A program made the translations under genes and the position numbers. DNA of 64,000 nucleotides from Candidatus Poribacteria bacterium (lineage in GTDB: Bacteria > Poribacteria > WGA-4E > WGA-3G), in NCBI GenBank assembly GCA_965205015.1, contig OZ242029.1:4032001-4096000 (forward strand), read 5' to 3'. Positions within the stretch are counted from its first letter, which is position 1; the number at the start of each line of letters is the position of its first letter. The notes under the pieces are model-generated. The model was not told the origin of the DNA. It did no database searches and saw only the letters and a list, made by a program, of their open reading frames with translations. Shown here piece by piece: positions 1-9,646 of this stretch.

Positions 1-1
1 T

Positions 2-1432
2 ATCTGGATCACCCCACCCGAGAACTGGGACCGTCATCCCGTGTGCGAAATGGAGCGTCGCCGCAGCATAGGCGGCACCACCTTCCGAACCGACAACCAT
101 CTTATGCGTATCCCGAATCCATGCGATACGCGCAAGTCGCGCATTCATATCATCCAACTGCGTCGCGGGATGGGACGGAGAATAGTCGTCAAAGAGTTCG
201 CCATATGCATCGCAATCGATGAACCACGAGTTGAAATCCGTTGGCATCTGTGCGACAATGCCGTTGACGCGATCTTCGACATAAGGTCGCGCCACAAGAG
301 GACTTAAATGATACCCTTTCTTTTTAAACCCTTTATTTTTCGTGCCATCTGCGTTAACAATCGCCCCGGTTTCATAAAGCGACAGATCAAATTGTGCGGT
401 CTCCCATGTATCCTTTTCGTTAGGATGATGGATACTATGATAGGAATCGTAGGGTCCGATCAGATACCCGAGTTCTCGCGCCTTCGCGACAGCCGTCGGA
501 TGCCGAAACCCGTCCTGCCATGAATCGACACCGAGCCAGAGTCTGTCCAATCCGCTTTCAGCAAACCGCTCCAGGAGTTTCACAGACAGACCGTCGCCCC
601 AGAGGTAGATATGTGCAGCACCGAGCAATTTTTCTGCCGCTGGAGTCTTTTCGATCTTTTCCGCAAATGAAACGAAATCACCGTTCCTGATTAGCCACTG
701 CCGATATTGCTTCGCAGGTTCAACCGGCGATGCTGAACCGAGTGAAATACGCATACCATACGTTTTCCGTTCCCAATTCGGCGTGAAAGCGTGTGATACC
801 CGCATGCCTAAGTCAGACGTTTCCGTCTCACGGAATAGTATTTGATTGTTGAACGGATTTGTGAGAATATAGGTAAGTGTTCTCTCACCGAGGTCGAGTC
901 CCCAAAACGGCATAGAGAGACCCGCCGTTGTGTTTATGGGTCCCTGGTCGCACAAAAAGTCTCGCCATGTGATGTCATCTTTCGGTACATAACTCCCCTC
1001 AAAAAAAGGGAAAATATAGCCGTGGATGGATTCGGTGTTTTCAATGATGGGCCACGTAAAACGCTGCGTGTCGTTTGCCGGGTCATCTTGAATGAATTCA
1101 ATCGTTAGCGAGTTCTTGCTCGGTTCAACGTGAACGGTAAGAGAGTGTTCCGGCAGTTTCCAACTCACACCGGTGCCTTCATGAGAAAAATCCGTCACGA
1201 CACCCAATCCCGTCTGACCCAATGAAGCCCGAACCGTTATATCCGTATCTGCAGGATAGACGTTCATGGCAAGCGACTGCGGAAAGATTTCAACGTCCCA
1301 CACGGCGTTGCTGAAACGAATGCTGTCCCACACATCGTCGCTGAAACGAGTGCTTTTAGGTGTGTCACTCATACCGATAGAAGTCAGCAGAAACATCCCT
1401 ATGGATAGGAGGTAAAATTGCAATCTAAGCAA
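2..1432 (-). CDS. Secreted glycoside hydrolase, GH129-like (alpha-N-acetylgalactosaminidase-related); partial, runs off the window start
   Basis: Not in the ORF track. My manual translation gives an open minus-strand frame from TTG 1432 to the edge: MLRLQFYLLSIGMFLLTSIG (signal-like)...LSMPFWG...GAAHIYLWG...GYLIGPYDSY...SWFIDCDAYGELFDDYSPSHP...VVGSEGG. The family call is from motif recall. Confidence 0.7.
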   Translation of the reverse strand, partial: MLRLQFYLLSIGMFLLTSIGMSDTPKSTRFSDDVWDSIRFSNAVWDVEIFPQSLAMNVYPADTDITVRASLGQTGLGVVTDFSHEGTGVSWKLPEHSLTVHVEPSKNSLTIEFIQDDPANDTQRFTWPIIENTESIHGYIFPFFEGSYVPKDDITWRDFLCDQGPINTTAGLSMPFWGLDLGERTLTYILTNPFNNQILFRETETSDLGMRVSHAFTPNWERKTYGMRISLGSASPVEPAKQYRQWLIRNGDFVSFAEKIEKTPAAEKLLGAAHIYLWGDGLSVKLLERFAESGLDRLWLGVDSWQDGFRHPTAVAKARELGYLIGPYDSYHSIHHPNEKDTWETAQFDLSLYETGAIVNADGTKNKGFKKKGYHLSPLVARPYVEDRVNGIVAQMPTDFNSWFIDCDAYGELFDDYSPSHPATQLDDMNARLARIAWIRDTHKMVVGSEGGAAYAAATLHFAHGMTVPVLGWGDPD

Positions 1433-1438
1433 TGGCGT

Positions 1439-2197
1439 TTACCTTGACAATTCTTCCCACAACGCCCGATAGAAATTCATCACGCGCAAGGGATCGGAAC
1501 TTCCTGCGATCTCTGCCAAACAGTAACCTGAATAACCTGATTCCTTCAGCAACGTAAAGAGCTCTCGCCACGGATACTCGCGCCGGTGGAGTTCCGTGAT
1601 ATGCACCAATCCGATTCTGCCTCTCGCATAGTTGAAATTGTTCAGTATAGAGCCGTCTTCCACCTCTCCAAAGTTAGAATTCCAGCAGACATAGACATTC
1701 TCGTGGTCGGCAACATCAAGAATCGTGCGGATATGAGGGAGTTCAGAGGTGCCACCCCCGTGGACTTCTAACCGAATTTGCACACCAAGATTCGCGGCAA
1801 ATTCACCACACTCGCGTAGTGCCAACCCGATCTGTTCCAATGTCTTTTCGACGGGAACTTCGTTGGGAAGTCCATTCGGACGCACCTTCACGCCGGGGGC
1901 TCCGACATCCGCGGCAAGTTGAGAATACGCCTTTGTCCCCGCGATATTCCGACGAACCACGGCTTGATCGGTCGCATGATAGTCATACGCGGAACCCAAA
2001 CCGGCAATCTCGATTGGGGAGTCATCGAATTGTTGCTTTACCGCTGCCCGTTCGCTTGCGGAGAGGTCCACCTCAACCCCGTGGGCGTGCGTTGTCCGCA
2101 ATTCCACGCCTGAGAACCCTGTCTCTACGCAGTTTTCGATGATTGTTGGGACATCCCAATCTTTTGCCATATTATATGTAACTAAGCCAAGCTTCAT
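1439..2197 (-). CDS. Sugar phosphate isomerase/epimerase, xylose isomerase-like TIM barrel (AP_endonuc_2)
   Basis: 252-aa ORF with GFSGVEL, IRLEVHG, VCWNS, LVHITE and CLAE metal-site-like motifs. Confidence 0.8.
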   Translation of the reverse strand: MKLGLVTYNMAKDWDVPTIIENCVETGFSGVELRTTHAHGVEVDLSASERAAVKQQFDDSPIEIAGLGSAYDYHATDQAVVRRNIAGTKAYSQLAADVGAPGVKVRPNGLPNEVPVEKTLEQIGLALRECGEFAANLGVQIRLEVHGGGTSELPHIRTILDVADHENVYVCWNSNFGEVEDGSILNNFNYARGRIGLVHITELHRREYPWRELFTLLKESGYSGYCLAEIAGSSDPLRVMNFYRALWEELSR

Positions 2198-2206
2198 AAA
2201 ATCTCC

Positions 2207-2786
2207 TTATTCAAAAAGTTGTGCGACTTGACATGAAAAACCTTCAACGACACCTTCGCTAGTGAGTGTGTTGTTGCGTGTGAGCAATTTGATGTCTGTT
2301 TTAGAACGGTAGATCGTCACCGTTCTGGATAACGGCTCGATTACCCAGACAAGACGGGTTCCCGCGTCCAGATAGGCGAAAACCTTCTCAGAAACGTTAT
2401 ACTGCAAATCCATCGGTGCAATTATCTCAACCGCAAGATCAGGCGAGTGCGGAAATACATTACTCAGGTCATCTGGTATCTGGGCTAAGAAAACAAAAGC
2501 AATATCTGGTATTAGCACACAGCCACCGATCTTGAAACCTGTATAGGGCACATAGATGCGTCCCAATTGATTTGCCCGTACATGCTGAATGCTGACCTAA
2601 AGACAAACTGAGATTCATACTAATATTGCCGTGTTCCACTGGCGTAGGTGGTATTGGTACGAGTTTTCCTTCCATATATTCATATATTTCCAACTCGCTC
2701 TCGAGGAAATCGTCCATCGTCATATCAGTTTCCAACGGCGCGAGGGATATTGCCGCTTGTTCGGAACCGTTTTTCGGAATGTCCAT
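2207..2786 (-). pseudogene. Uma2 family (DUF820) endonuclease, frameshifted
   Basis: The N-half (YEYMEGKLVPIPP..EHGNI) and C-half (PDIAFV..PDLAVEII..KVFAYLDAGTRLVWVIEP) lie in different frames. ATGCTGA is tandemly duplicated at 2582-2595, and removing one copy restores the frame. GGAGG RBS precedes ATG 2786. Confidence 0.85.
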
Positions 2787-2885
2787 CAGAATGCCTCCTG
2801 TTTGGATGCCTACCATTTTCAATTGTATTATACCGAATTTTTTGCTACAATGTTCCTTAAATCAATACGTATGGAGAACACCACT

Positions 2886-3713
2886 ATGGCTTATGCACTT
2901 GAAGACGAATTCGGGGACATCATCGGCAAAGCCCGACGCGGGCAAGACTTGTCTCAAAGCCAAGTTGCCACTGCAACGGATATCACAGAGACAGAACTTT
3001 CTCGTATGGAACAGTATACCTTAAAACCGACAGAAACGCAAGTCCTTCGGCTCGCAGAAGTCCTAAATTTAGACGGCACGAAGTTGCTCGATATTGCGAC
3101 GGAACAGTGGGAGCCCGAACCGCCACAACAGATGAGCGATTCAGACCTTGAGGTTATCACAATCAGCGCACCGGTGGGAGGATGGCCCGTCAATGCCTAT
3201 CTCCTCATCTGCCAAGCGACCCATGCCGCTGCGATTATCGACACCGCCGCACATCCAGACCTCATCTTGGAAGGGTTAGATGCCCACAACGTGAATCCCA
3301 CAGCGATTCTTTTGACACATGCCCACAGCGACCACACCGATGGATTACCGAAGATCCAGACCGCTACAGGATGCGCAACTTATATCCATACGGACGAACC
3401 GAAACCGCGGAGCGAGACGAGATTACGCGAGGTGGCACACGGAGACACCCTCACCGTCGGTAAACTCACGGTAACCGTCGTCAATACACCCGGACATACC
3501 CCCGGCGGATGTAGTTTCATCGCAGAGAACGTGGCGTTTGTTGGTGATGCTATTTTCGCTGGCTCGGTCGGGGGTCCTAACATCTCACTTCAGGATGAAA
3601 TCGACAGCGTTCGAGATAATCTATTGTCCCTTCCAGACGCGGTTAGGCTCTTTCCAGGACACGGTCCCTCCACCACCGTGGGTGAAGAGAAATTACACAA
3701 CCCATTTTTCTAA
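2886..3713 (+). CDS. N-terminal XRE-type HTH fused to an MBL-fold metallo-hydrolase (glyoxalase II-like)
   Basis: GGAGA RBS then ATG 2886 (MAYALEDEFGDIIGKARRGQDLSQSQVA.., HTH). MBL motifs THAHSDH, TPGHTPG, GDAIF and PGHG. Confidence 0.85.
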   Translation: MAYALEDEFGDIIGKARRGQDLSQSQVATATDITETELSRMEQYTLKPTETQVLRLAEVLNLDGTKLLDIATEQWEPEPPQQMSDSDLEVITISAPVGGWPVNAYLLICQATHAAAIIDTAAHPDLILEGLDAHNVNPTAILLTHAHSDHTDGLPKIQTATGCATYIHTDEPKPRSETRLREVAHGDTLTVGKLTVTVVNTPGHTPGGCSFIAENVAFVGDAIFAGSVGGPNISLQDEIDSVRDNLLSLPDAVRLFPGHGPSTTVGEEKLHNPFF

Positions 3714-3738
3714 TTTTTGACTACGGCGGGTTCAACTC

Positions 3739-4761
3739 TTGCTCTCCTATCTCCTTCAACGCTTTCTTTCGATCGGTTTATCCCTGTTGGCGGTATCGCT
3801 CCTTGTGTTCCTGATGGTGCACCTCATCCCTGGCGATGCCGCTGTCGCTATTTTGGGGGAACGCGCGACCGAAAGGGCACTCACCGAACTCCGAGAACAG
3901 ATGGGACTTGATAAGCCTCTGTACCACCAATACGCCAAATTTCTCTGGGATGTCGCACACCTCGACTTCGGACGCTCCTTCAAAACAAAGCAACCCGTCA
4001 TCGAAGAAATCAAACGCTATTTCCCCGCAACGGCTGAATTGACCCTCGCCGCAATGGCATTTTCGATCCTGTTCGGCATCGCGGCAGGTATTATTGCGGC
4101 GATCTCGCGTGGAACGTTTTTAGACTATTTCTCCATGTCAATATCCCTCGCTGGCATCTCCATGCCAATCTTCTGGTTGGGATTGATGCTCATCTTGCTT
4201 TTCTCATATTTTCTACCTATCCTACCGAGCACAGGACGCCTGGATGTCGTCTTAGATTTAGATATCCAGTCGCGCACCGGTTTTTATCTCATTGACACCC
4301 TTCTTGCTGGAAACTTTGCCGCCTTTCGGAACGCCGTGGCACACCTCATTCTCCCGGCGATAACGTTAGGCACGATCCCATTAGCGATTATCGCTCGGAT
4401 GACCCGATCCAGCCTCCTCGAAGTGCTAAATCAACCCTACATTACGACCGCTTATGCGAAAGGTTTACCGCGCTGGAAAGTTATCAGTAAACACGCAATG
4501 AAAAACAGCATGGTGCCGGTTCTAACAATTATAGGTTTAGAATTCGGTTATCTATTAGGGGGCGCGATCTTAACCGAGCACATTTTTTCCTGGCCCGGAC
4601 TGGGTTCATGGTTACGTGCTGCCGTCGAGGCTCGCGACGTTCGCGCAGTGCAAGGCGGTGTGCTTTTCGTCGCTACGGTCTTTATGCTCGTCAATCTTAT
4701 CGTGGACCTGCTGTATGCATACTTTGACCCACGCATTCGCGTAGGAAACGAAGCCACATGA
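3739..4761 (+). CDS. dppB: Peptide/nickel ABC transporter permease (DppB/OppB)
   Basis: IPGD..LG, DFGRS, PATAEL, SMPIFWLG, EAA-like TAYAKGL, EHIFSWPGLG and DPRIR. Confidence 0.9.
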   Translation: MLSYLLQRFLSIGLSLLAVSLLVFLMVHLIPGDAAVAILGERATERALTELREQMGLDKPLYHQYAKFLWDVAHLDFGRSFKTKQPVIEEIKRYFPATAELTLAAMAFSILFGIAAGIIAAISRGTFLDYFSMSISLAGISMPIFWLGLMLILLFSYFLPILPSTGRLDVVLDLDIQSRTGFYLIDTLLAGNFAAFRNAVAHLILPAITLGTIPLAIIARMTRSSLLEVLNQPYITTAYAKGLPRWKVISKHAMKNSMVPVLTIIGLEFGYLLGGAILTEHIFSWPGLGSWLRAAVEARDVRAVQGGVLFVATVFMLVNLIVDLLYAYFDPRIRVGNEAT

Positions 4762-5612
4762 ACAATCCAACAACCCCCACCAGTCAACAGTACGTCCTTC
4801 GGAAACTCTTAAGACACCGTTCCGCCACTATTGGGGCATCTATTATACTGTTCTTCATGATCCTCGCCATTTTCGCACCACTTATTGCAACACACGATCC
4901 GAGGCATGCCAACGTCGTTGAGCGTCTCAAAGGCTGGTCTGGCACACATTATCTCGGCACTGATGGCGTTGGACGTGACATCTTTAGTAGGGTTGTCTAT
5001 GGAACGCGTATATCTCTGAAGGTCGGACTGATCGCGATGTCATTTTCCATCGGGTTTGGGACCCTCTTTGGAGCAATCGCCGGATATTACGGTGGACGGC
5101 TCGACAATCTAATTATGCGCGTGATGGATATGATGCTTGCGATGCCGAGCATCCTTCTGGCGATGGTCATTGTCACTATTTTGGGACAGAGTCTCACAAA
5201 TGCTATTATAGCCGTCTCCATTGTCTATATTCCGCAATATGCCCGCATTTTGCGTGCCGCTGTCCTGAAAGTCCGAGAGTTAGATTATGTCGTCGCCGCG
5301 AAGGTAATCGGTGCCAGCAACGGGCGCATTCTTCTGACCACCGTTCTCCCGAACTGTATCGCACCGTTGATCGTCCAAGCGACTTTAGGGATCGGTGCCG
5401 CCATTTTAGATGCCGCAGGACTGAGTTTCCTCGGACTCGGTGCTGAGATTGGCGAGCCCGAGTGGGGAGCGATGCTCAATGAGAACCGCAAGTTTATCCG
5501 CCGTGCCCCCTTGGCTGTCACCGCTCCTGGCATTGCTATCTTCCTCATTGTCTTAGGGTTCAACCTTCTCGGGGACGCGCTCCGAGATGCCCTCGATCCT
5601 CAAATTGATTGA
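4758..5612 (+). CDS. dppC: Peptide/nickel ABC transporter permease (DppC/OppC)
   Basis: HYLGTDGVGRDIFSR, DYVVAAKVIGAS, LSFLGLG..PEWG and GDALRDALDP. ATGA overlap with dppB. Confidence 0.9.
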   Translation: MNNPTTPTSQQYVLRKLLRHRSATIGASIILFFMILAIFAPLIATHDPRHANVVERLKGWSGTHYLGTDGVGRDIFSRVVYGTRISLKVGLIAMSFSIGFGTLFGAIAGYYGGRLDNLIMRVMDMMLAMPSILLAMVIVTILGQSLTNAIIAVSIVYIPQYARILRAAVLKVRELDYVVAAKVIGASNGRILLTTVLPNCIAPLIVQATLGIGAAILDAAGLSFLGLGAEIGEPEWGAMLNENRKFIRRAPLAVTAPGIAIFLIVLGFNLLGDALRDALDPQID

Positions 5613-5662
5613 GGTTGAACGATGTGGGCATGGGTGGACAAGCAGCAATCGTAAGATTTTTT

Positions 5663-5691
5663 TTGACACATCCTGCTTTTTGTGATATAAT
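5663..5691 (+). promoter_or_regulatory. Consensus sigma70 promoter with extended -10, upstream of the multicopper oxidase
   Basis: TTGACA (5663-5668), 17 bp, TATAAT (5686-5691), with TG at 5683-5684. Confidence 0.8.
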
Positions 5692-5729
5692 TCAATGCAA
5701 ATTTAACCCTGTGAGGTTTTTAGTATCTG

Positions 5730-6887
5730 ATGGCGTCTGCTTTAAAAGGTCACTTTTTGAAAATGAGTCTCAATATCATGAGTCTAAACTTAACATGGAA
5801 TACCCGCCAATTACGTTCCCTACTCAATCCGGGAAACTTACAAACCACATCTTATACATTTCTGACACTCCTGAGTGTCTTACTTTACCTCTGCCTTGGT
5901 TCCGCTGAAGCCGCAACACGGGAATACTGGATCTCGGCTGAGAAAGTCGAATGGAACTATGCACCGAGTGGACAAAACCTCATCAGACCCGCGATGGGAT
6001 TGGACGTTTGGGGTAAAGCGCTCGTGTATGAAAAATATCGCTACATCCAATACACCGATGATACCTACACAACACAAGTTGAACAACCCGTGTGGATGGG
6101 TATTCTTGGACCGCAACTGCACGCCGTTGAAGGCGACAGCGTCCGCGTGCATTTTCTCAATCGCGCCGATAAACCGCTCAGTATTCACGTACACGGATTA
6201 CAATACGATGAAGCAAACGAAGGCGCGGATATGAAAGGGACTGGGGCTGCCGTACCGCCCGGTGAAAAGTTCACCTATCACTGGGAAGCAGATAGTGATG
6301 CCGCGCCGGGTCCAAACGATCCTTCGTCTATTGTTTGGCTTTACCACTCGCACGTTGATGCGGTTACGGAGGTTTACGACGGTTTGATTGGAACCGTTGT
6401 CGTTACGAAAAAAGGGATGGAACGCTCGGCGGACGATCCACGTCCGAAAGATATCGACAAAGCGTTCACTACACTGTTTCTGGTCTTCAATGAAAATGAT
6501 CGCACGATCGTCAAAGGTGGACAAAGTGCGGAATATGACTCTCCCGAGGAAGCCGAAGAGGGGAATCTCAAACATGCTATCAACGGCTATATCTTCGGCA
6601 ATCTACAAGGGTTGGAAGTTGAACAGCACGATCAGGTGCGTTGGTATCTTATTGGGTTAGGCACTGAAGTGGATATGCACACCGCGCACTGGCATGGTCA
6701 GACGGTCCTAAACGCTGGAAAACGCACTGATGTGGTAGATCTACTTCCGGGCTCTATGGTTACGGTAGATATGACAGCGAAAACCCCCGGCAACTGGCTC
6801 TATCATTGCCATGTCGCTGATCACATTACGGCGGGTATGAACACCCGTTGGCGAGTGGTGCCAAAACCTCAAGAAAAAGTACGTTAA
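5730..6887 (+). CDS. Secreted two-domain multicopper oxidase, ceruloplasmin/hephaestin-like (T1 site in domain 2); true start may be downstream
   Basis: Signal ..GSAEA-ATREYWISAEKVEWNYAP; WMGILGPQLHA; SIHVHG; WLYHSH; HAINGYIFGNL; DMHTAHWHG; WLYHCHVADHITAGM. Confidence 0.9.
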   Translation: MASALKGHFLKMSLNIMSLNLTWNTRQLRSLLNPGNLQTTSYTFLTLLSVLLYLCLGSAEAATREYWISAEKVEWNYAPSGQNLIRPAMGLDVWGKALVYEKYRYIQYTDDTYTTQVEQPVWMGILGPQLHAVEGDSVRVHFLNRADKPLSIHVHGLQYDEANEGADMKGTGAAVPPGEKFTYHWEADSDAAPGPNDPSSIVWLYHSHVDAVTEVYDGLIGTVVVTKKGMERSADDPRPKDIDKAFTTLFLVFNENDRTIVKGGQSAEYDSPEEAEEGNLKHAINGYIFGNLQGLEVEQHDQVRWYLIGLGTEVDMHTAHWHGQTVLNAGKRTDVVDLLPGSMVTVDMTAKTPGNWLYHCHVADHITAGMNTRWRVVPKPQEKVR

Positions 6888-6906
6888 GCGTCTATTTAAA
6901 AACTTT

Positions 6907-6933
6907 GAACTTTTCGCAATTAAATCTGACTAA
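6907..6933 (+). promoter_or_regulatory. Candidate RpoE-type promoter before the iron-binding protein gene
   Basis: GAACTT-N16-ACTAA, one mismatch to GAACTT-N16-TCTAA. Confidence 0.4.
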
Positions 6934-6987
6934 ATTTATACCAGATTTGATTCGGATGACAGTCTATTAATTGTATAAGGAGACATC

Positions 6988-7998
6988 ATGTTTAACAACC
7001 GATCCAGTTTATTTAGTTACTGTTCGCTTATTTTGCCCTTATTCACCCTCATCGGGGTAGTTCACGCTGAAACGTTGACTATCTATTCCGGACGAAGTAA
7101 GAGCCTCGTTGAACCGATTATTAAGCAATTTGAAGAAAAGAGTGGCATCCAAGTGGAAGTGAGTTATGGTGGGACGACACAACTCGCCGCTGCGCTCCTC
7201 ACAGAAGGCGATAAAAGTCCTGCCGCCCTCTTTTGGGCACAGGACGCTGGTGCTCTTGGTGCCGTTAGCAAAAAAGCGATGTTTGAAAAATTGCCGGAAT
7301 CCATCCTTACACAGGTCCCTTCAGATTTTCGTGATGCCGAAGGTTTCTGGGTAGCAACAAGCGGTAGAGCGCGTGTACTCGCATACGCTCCAGAACGCGT
7401 TAAAATGCAAGAACTCCCAGAGAGCATCTTCGATTTAACACAACCGATGTGGAAAGGCAGAGTCGGGTGGGCACCAACAAATGCGTCCTTTCAGGCGTTT
7501 GTGACGTCCCTGCGTGTGCAGGTAGGTGAAGAAAAAACAGCGGAATGGCTCAAAGGCATGAAAGCAAATGGTGTGAAAAAATATGCGAAGAACACGCCCA
7601 TCATAGAAGCACTCGCCGCTGGAGAAATCGATGTCGGCTTGCCGAATCACTACTACCTCCTTCGCTTCAAAAGCAAAGATGCCGATTTTCCTGTAGAACA
7701 AACCTTCTTTAAGTCGAGTGATCCGGGCAACCTCGTCAATATTGCTGGTGTTGGATTATTAAAAAGCAGCGAAAACAAAGACACCGCACTGAAATTTGTG
7801 GAATTTCTGCTATCTTCTAAAGCACAGCAATACTTCACCAGTGATGTGTTTGAATATCCTGCCATTGAGGGCGTAACGCCGCACGCGAGCTTACTGCCTC
7901 TTTCTGAACTGCTGCAATTGGCACCGACATTCAATCTCAATGATATGGACGATCTTGACGGTACGGTTAAACTGTTGAGAGACGTTGAGATTCTATAG
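6988..7998 (+). CDS. Fe3+ ABC transporter substrate-binding protein (FbpA/FutA family)
   Basis: Signal peptide VHA-ET; LTIYSGR, EGDKSPA, SGRARV, NHYY (tandem Tyr iron ligands) and FEYP. Confidence 0.9.
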   Translation: MFNNRSSLFSYCSLILPLFTLIGVVHAETLTIYSGRSKSLVEPIIKQFEEKSGIQVEVSYGGTTQLAAALLTEGDKSPAALFWAQDAGALGAVSKKAMFEKLPESILTQVPSDFRDAEGFWVATSGRARVLAYAPERVKMQELPESIFDLTQPMWKGRVGWAPTNASFQAFVTSLRVQVGEEKTAEWLKGMKANGVKKYAKNTPIIEALAAGEIDVGLPNHYYLLRFKSKDADFPVEQTFFKSSDPGNLVNIAGVGLLKSSENKDTALKFVEFLLSSKAQQYFTSDVFEYPAIEGVTPHASLLPLSELLQLAPTFNLNDMDDLDGTVKLLRDVEIL

Positions 7999-8038
7999 GC
8001 ACAACAACCGAGTCGGTAGTTGAGGTAACTGGAATTGA

Positions 8039-9610
8039 ATGTCAAAGCCAAAAACAGTAAACGTAAACCACTATCTCCTCATACCGGCAGTTGTAGTAGG
8101 GGTTGGCGGGCTGATCCCGTTGGTTTACCTGCTTGTCAAAGCGTTCTCTGCGGAAGGCACTGCGCTTGTGCAGATTGTCTTCCGCTGGCGAAACGCAAGA
8201 CTTTTCTTTAACACACTCCTACTGACCGTCGGTGTTCTCGCGTTAGATGTGCTTTTAGCAACCCCCGCTGCATGGTTAACGACCCGAGTGAATCTAAAAG
8301 GGAGACGTTTCTTTACGGTGCTGTGCGCCTTACCGCTCGCTATTCCGGGCTATGTGATGGCTTATGCACTGCTGGCGCTCGGCGGGAACACGGGTATCGT
8401 CGCCCAATTTTTCGGCAAAAGCATTCCGCGTCTCGGCGGTTACTGGGGGGCACTCCTTGCACTCAGCGCGTACACGAGTCCCTATCTCTTTTTGAATCTG
8501 CGTACCGCCCTGTTAGGTCTCGACCCAAGCCTTGAGGAGTCCGCCCGAAGTCTCGGCTACCGATATCGCGAAACTTTTTTCCATATTATCCTTCCGCAGT
8601 TACGTCCTGCCCTGTATGCCAGCGGTTTACTCATTAGCCTACATGTCCTCGGAGACTTCGGTGTTGTATCATTGATGCGTTATGAGACCTTCAGTTATGC
8701 CCTTTACATAGAGTATACGCTCTCTTTCGAGCACATCTATGCTGCGTGGCTTGCGCTCATGCTCCTTGTATTTACCGGAGGGCTCCTCTATCTTGAGGCA
8801 AAATTGTTAAATCGGGTGGTGCTCCATCGAGCAGGGAGTGGAGTTTCCCGTCAACTGTCGCAGATCCCGCTCGGTACGTGGCGAGTCCCCTCTTACCTGT
8901 ACCTCAGTATGCTCTCATTTACAACTGTGGTTGTCCCCGCCGGTGCCGTAATCCTCTGGATGTTTAGAGGGTTTGATACTGCCGCGTTGGAGGGACTTAC
9001 GAATGCTCTCATCGGTTCACTGTCGATTGCAATACCTGCGGGGATTTTGTGTGCCTTTCTGGCGGTTCCGTTCGCTTATGTAGGTGTTCGACATCCATCA
9101 CGCCTGTCAAACATATTAGGGCGTGTTGCCTATATCGTTTACGCCATACCGCCACTCGCTTTTGCCCTGTCCCTGATCTTTTTTGTCTTAAACACAGTCT
9201 CTTTTATCTATAAAACGTTACCAGTATTAGTCTATGCATGTACCCTACATTTCCTCGCTGAAGCCATCGGACCGGTGCGGAGTTCGCTCTACCAAGCCTC
9301 GCCCAATTTAGAAGAAGCCGCTCGCTCACTTGGGTATTCACGGGTACAAGCATTTTTCAGGGCACTTCTCCCAGTTCTCATGCGTGGTATGCTGACTGCC
9401 GCGGCACTCGTTTTTCTGGCGACAATGAAAGAATTACCGCTTACCTTTCTTTTATCGCCAGCGGGATATGAAACGCTCGCGCTTAACGTCTGGAGTTACA
9501 CATCAGAAGCAATGTTCGCCGAAGCGGCACCTTACGCGCTTGCAATTCTGGCTTTTTCAGGAATATTCGTTGGGGTCCTAATTCGCCATGAAGAACAAGC
9601 ACAAGAATAG
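8039..9610 (+). CDS. Fe3+ ABC transporter permease (FbpB/FutB family)
   Basis: 523-aa polytopic protein with two EAA loops (LEESARSLG, LEEAARSLG), DFG and MKELP. Confidence 0.9.
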   Translation: MSKPKTVNVNHYLLIPAVVVGVGGLIPLVYLLVKAFSAEGTALVQIVFRWRNARLFFNTLLLTVGVLALDVLLATPAAWLTTRVNLKGRRFFTVLCALPLAIPGYVMAYALLALGGNTGIVAQFFGKSIPRLGGYWGALLALSAYTSPYLFLNLRTALLGLDPSLEESARSLGYRYRETFFHIILPQLRPALYASGLLISLHVLGDFGVVSLMRYETFSYALYIEYTLSFEHIYAAWLALMLLVFTGGLLYLEAKLLNRVVLHRAGSGVSRQLSQIPLGTWRVPSYLYLSMLSFTTVVVPAGAVILWMFRGFDTAALEGLTNALIGSLSIAIPAGILCAFLAVPFAYVGVRHPSRLSNILGRVAYIVYAIPPLAFALSLIFFVLNTVSFIYKTLPVLVYACTLHFLAEAIGPVRSSLYQASPNLEEAARSLGYSRVQAFFRALLPVLMRGMLTAAALVFLATMKELPLTFLLSPAGYETLALNVWSYTSEAMFAEAAPYALAILAFSGIFVGVLIRHEEQAQE

Positions 9611-9646
9611 GAACAACCTTATTAAAAACAATAGGAGAAACCAGTT

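Noticed and set aside
41-1108. Short + strand ORFs (41-307, 308-523, 842-1108)
   Set aside because: They are shadows of the long minus-strand glycoside hydrolase frame.
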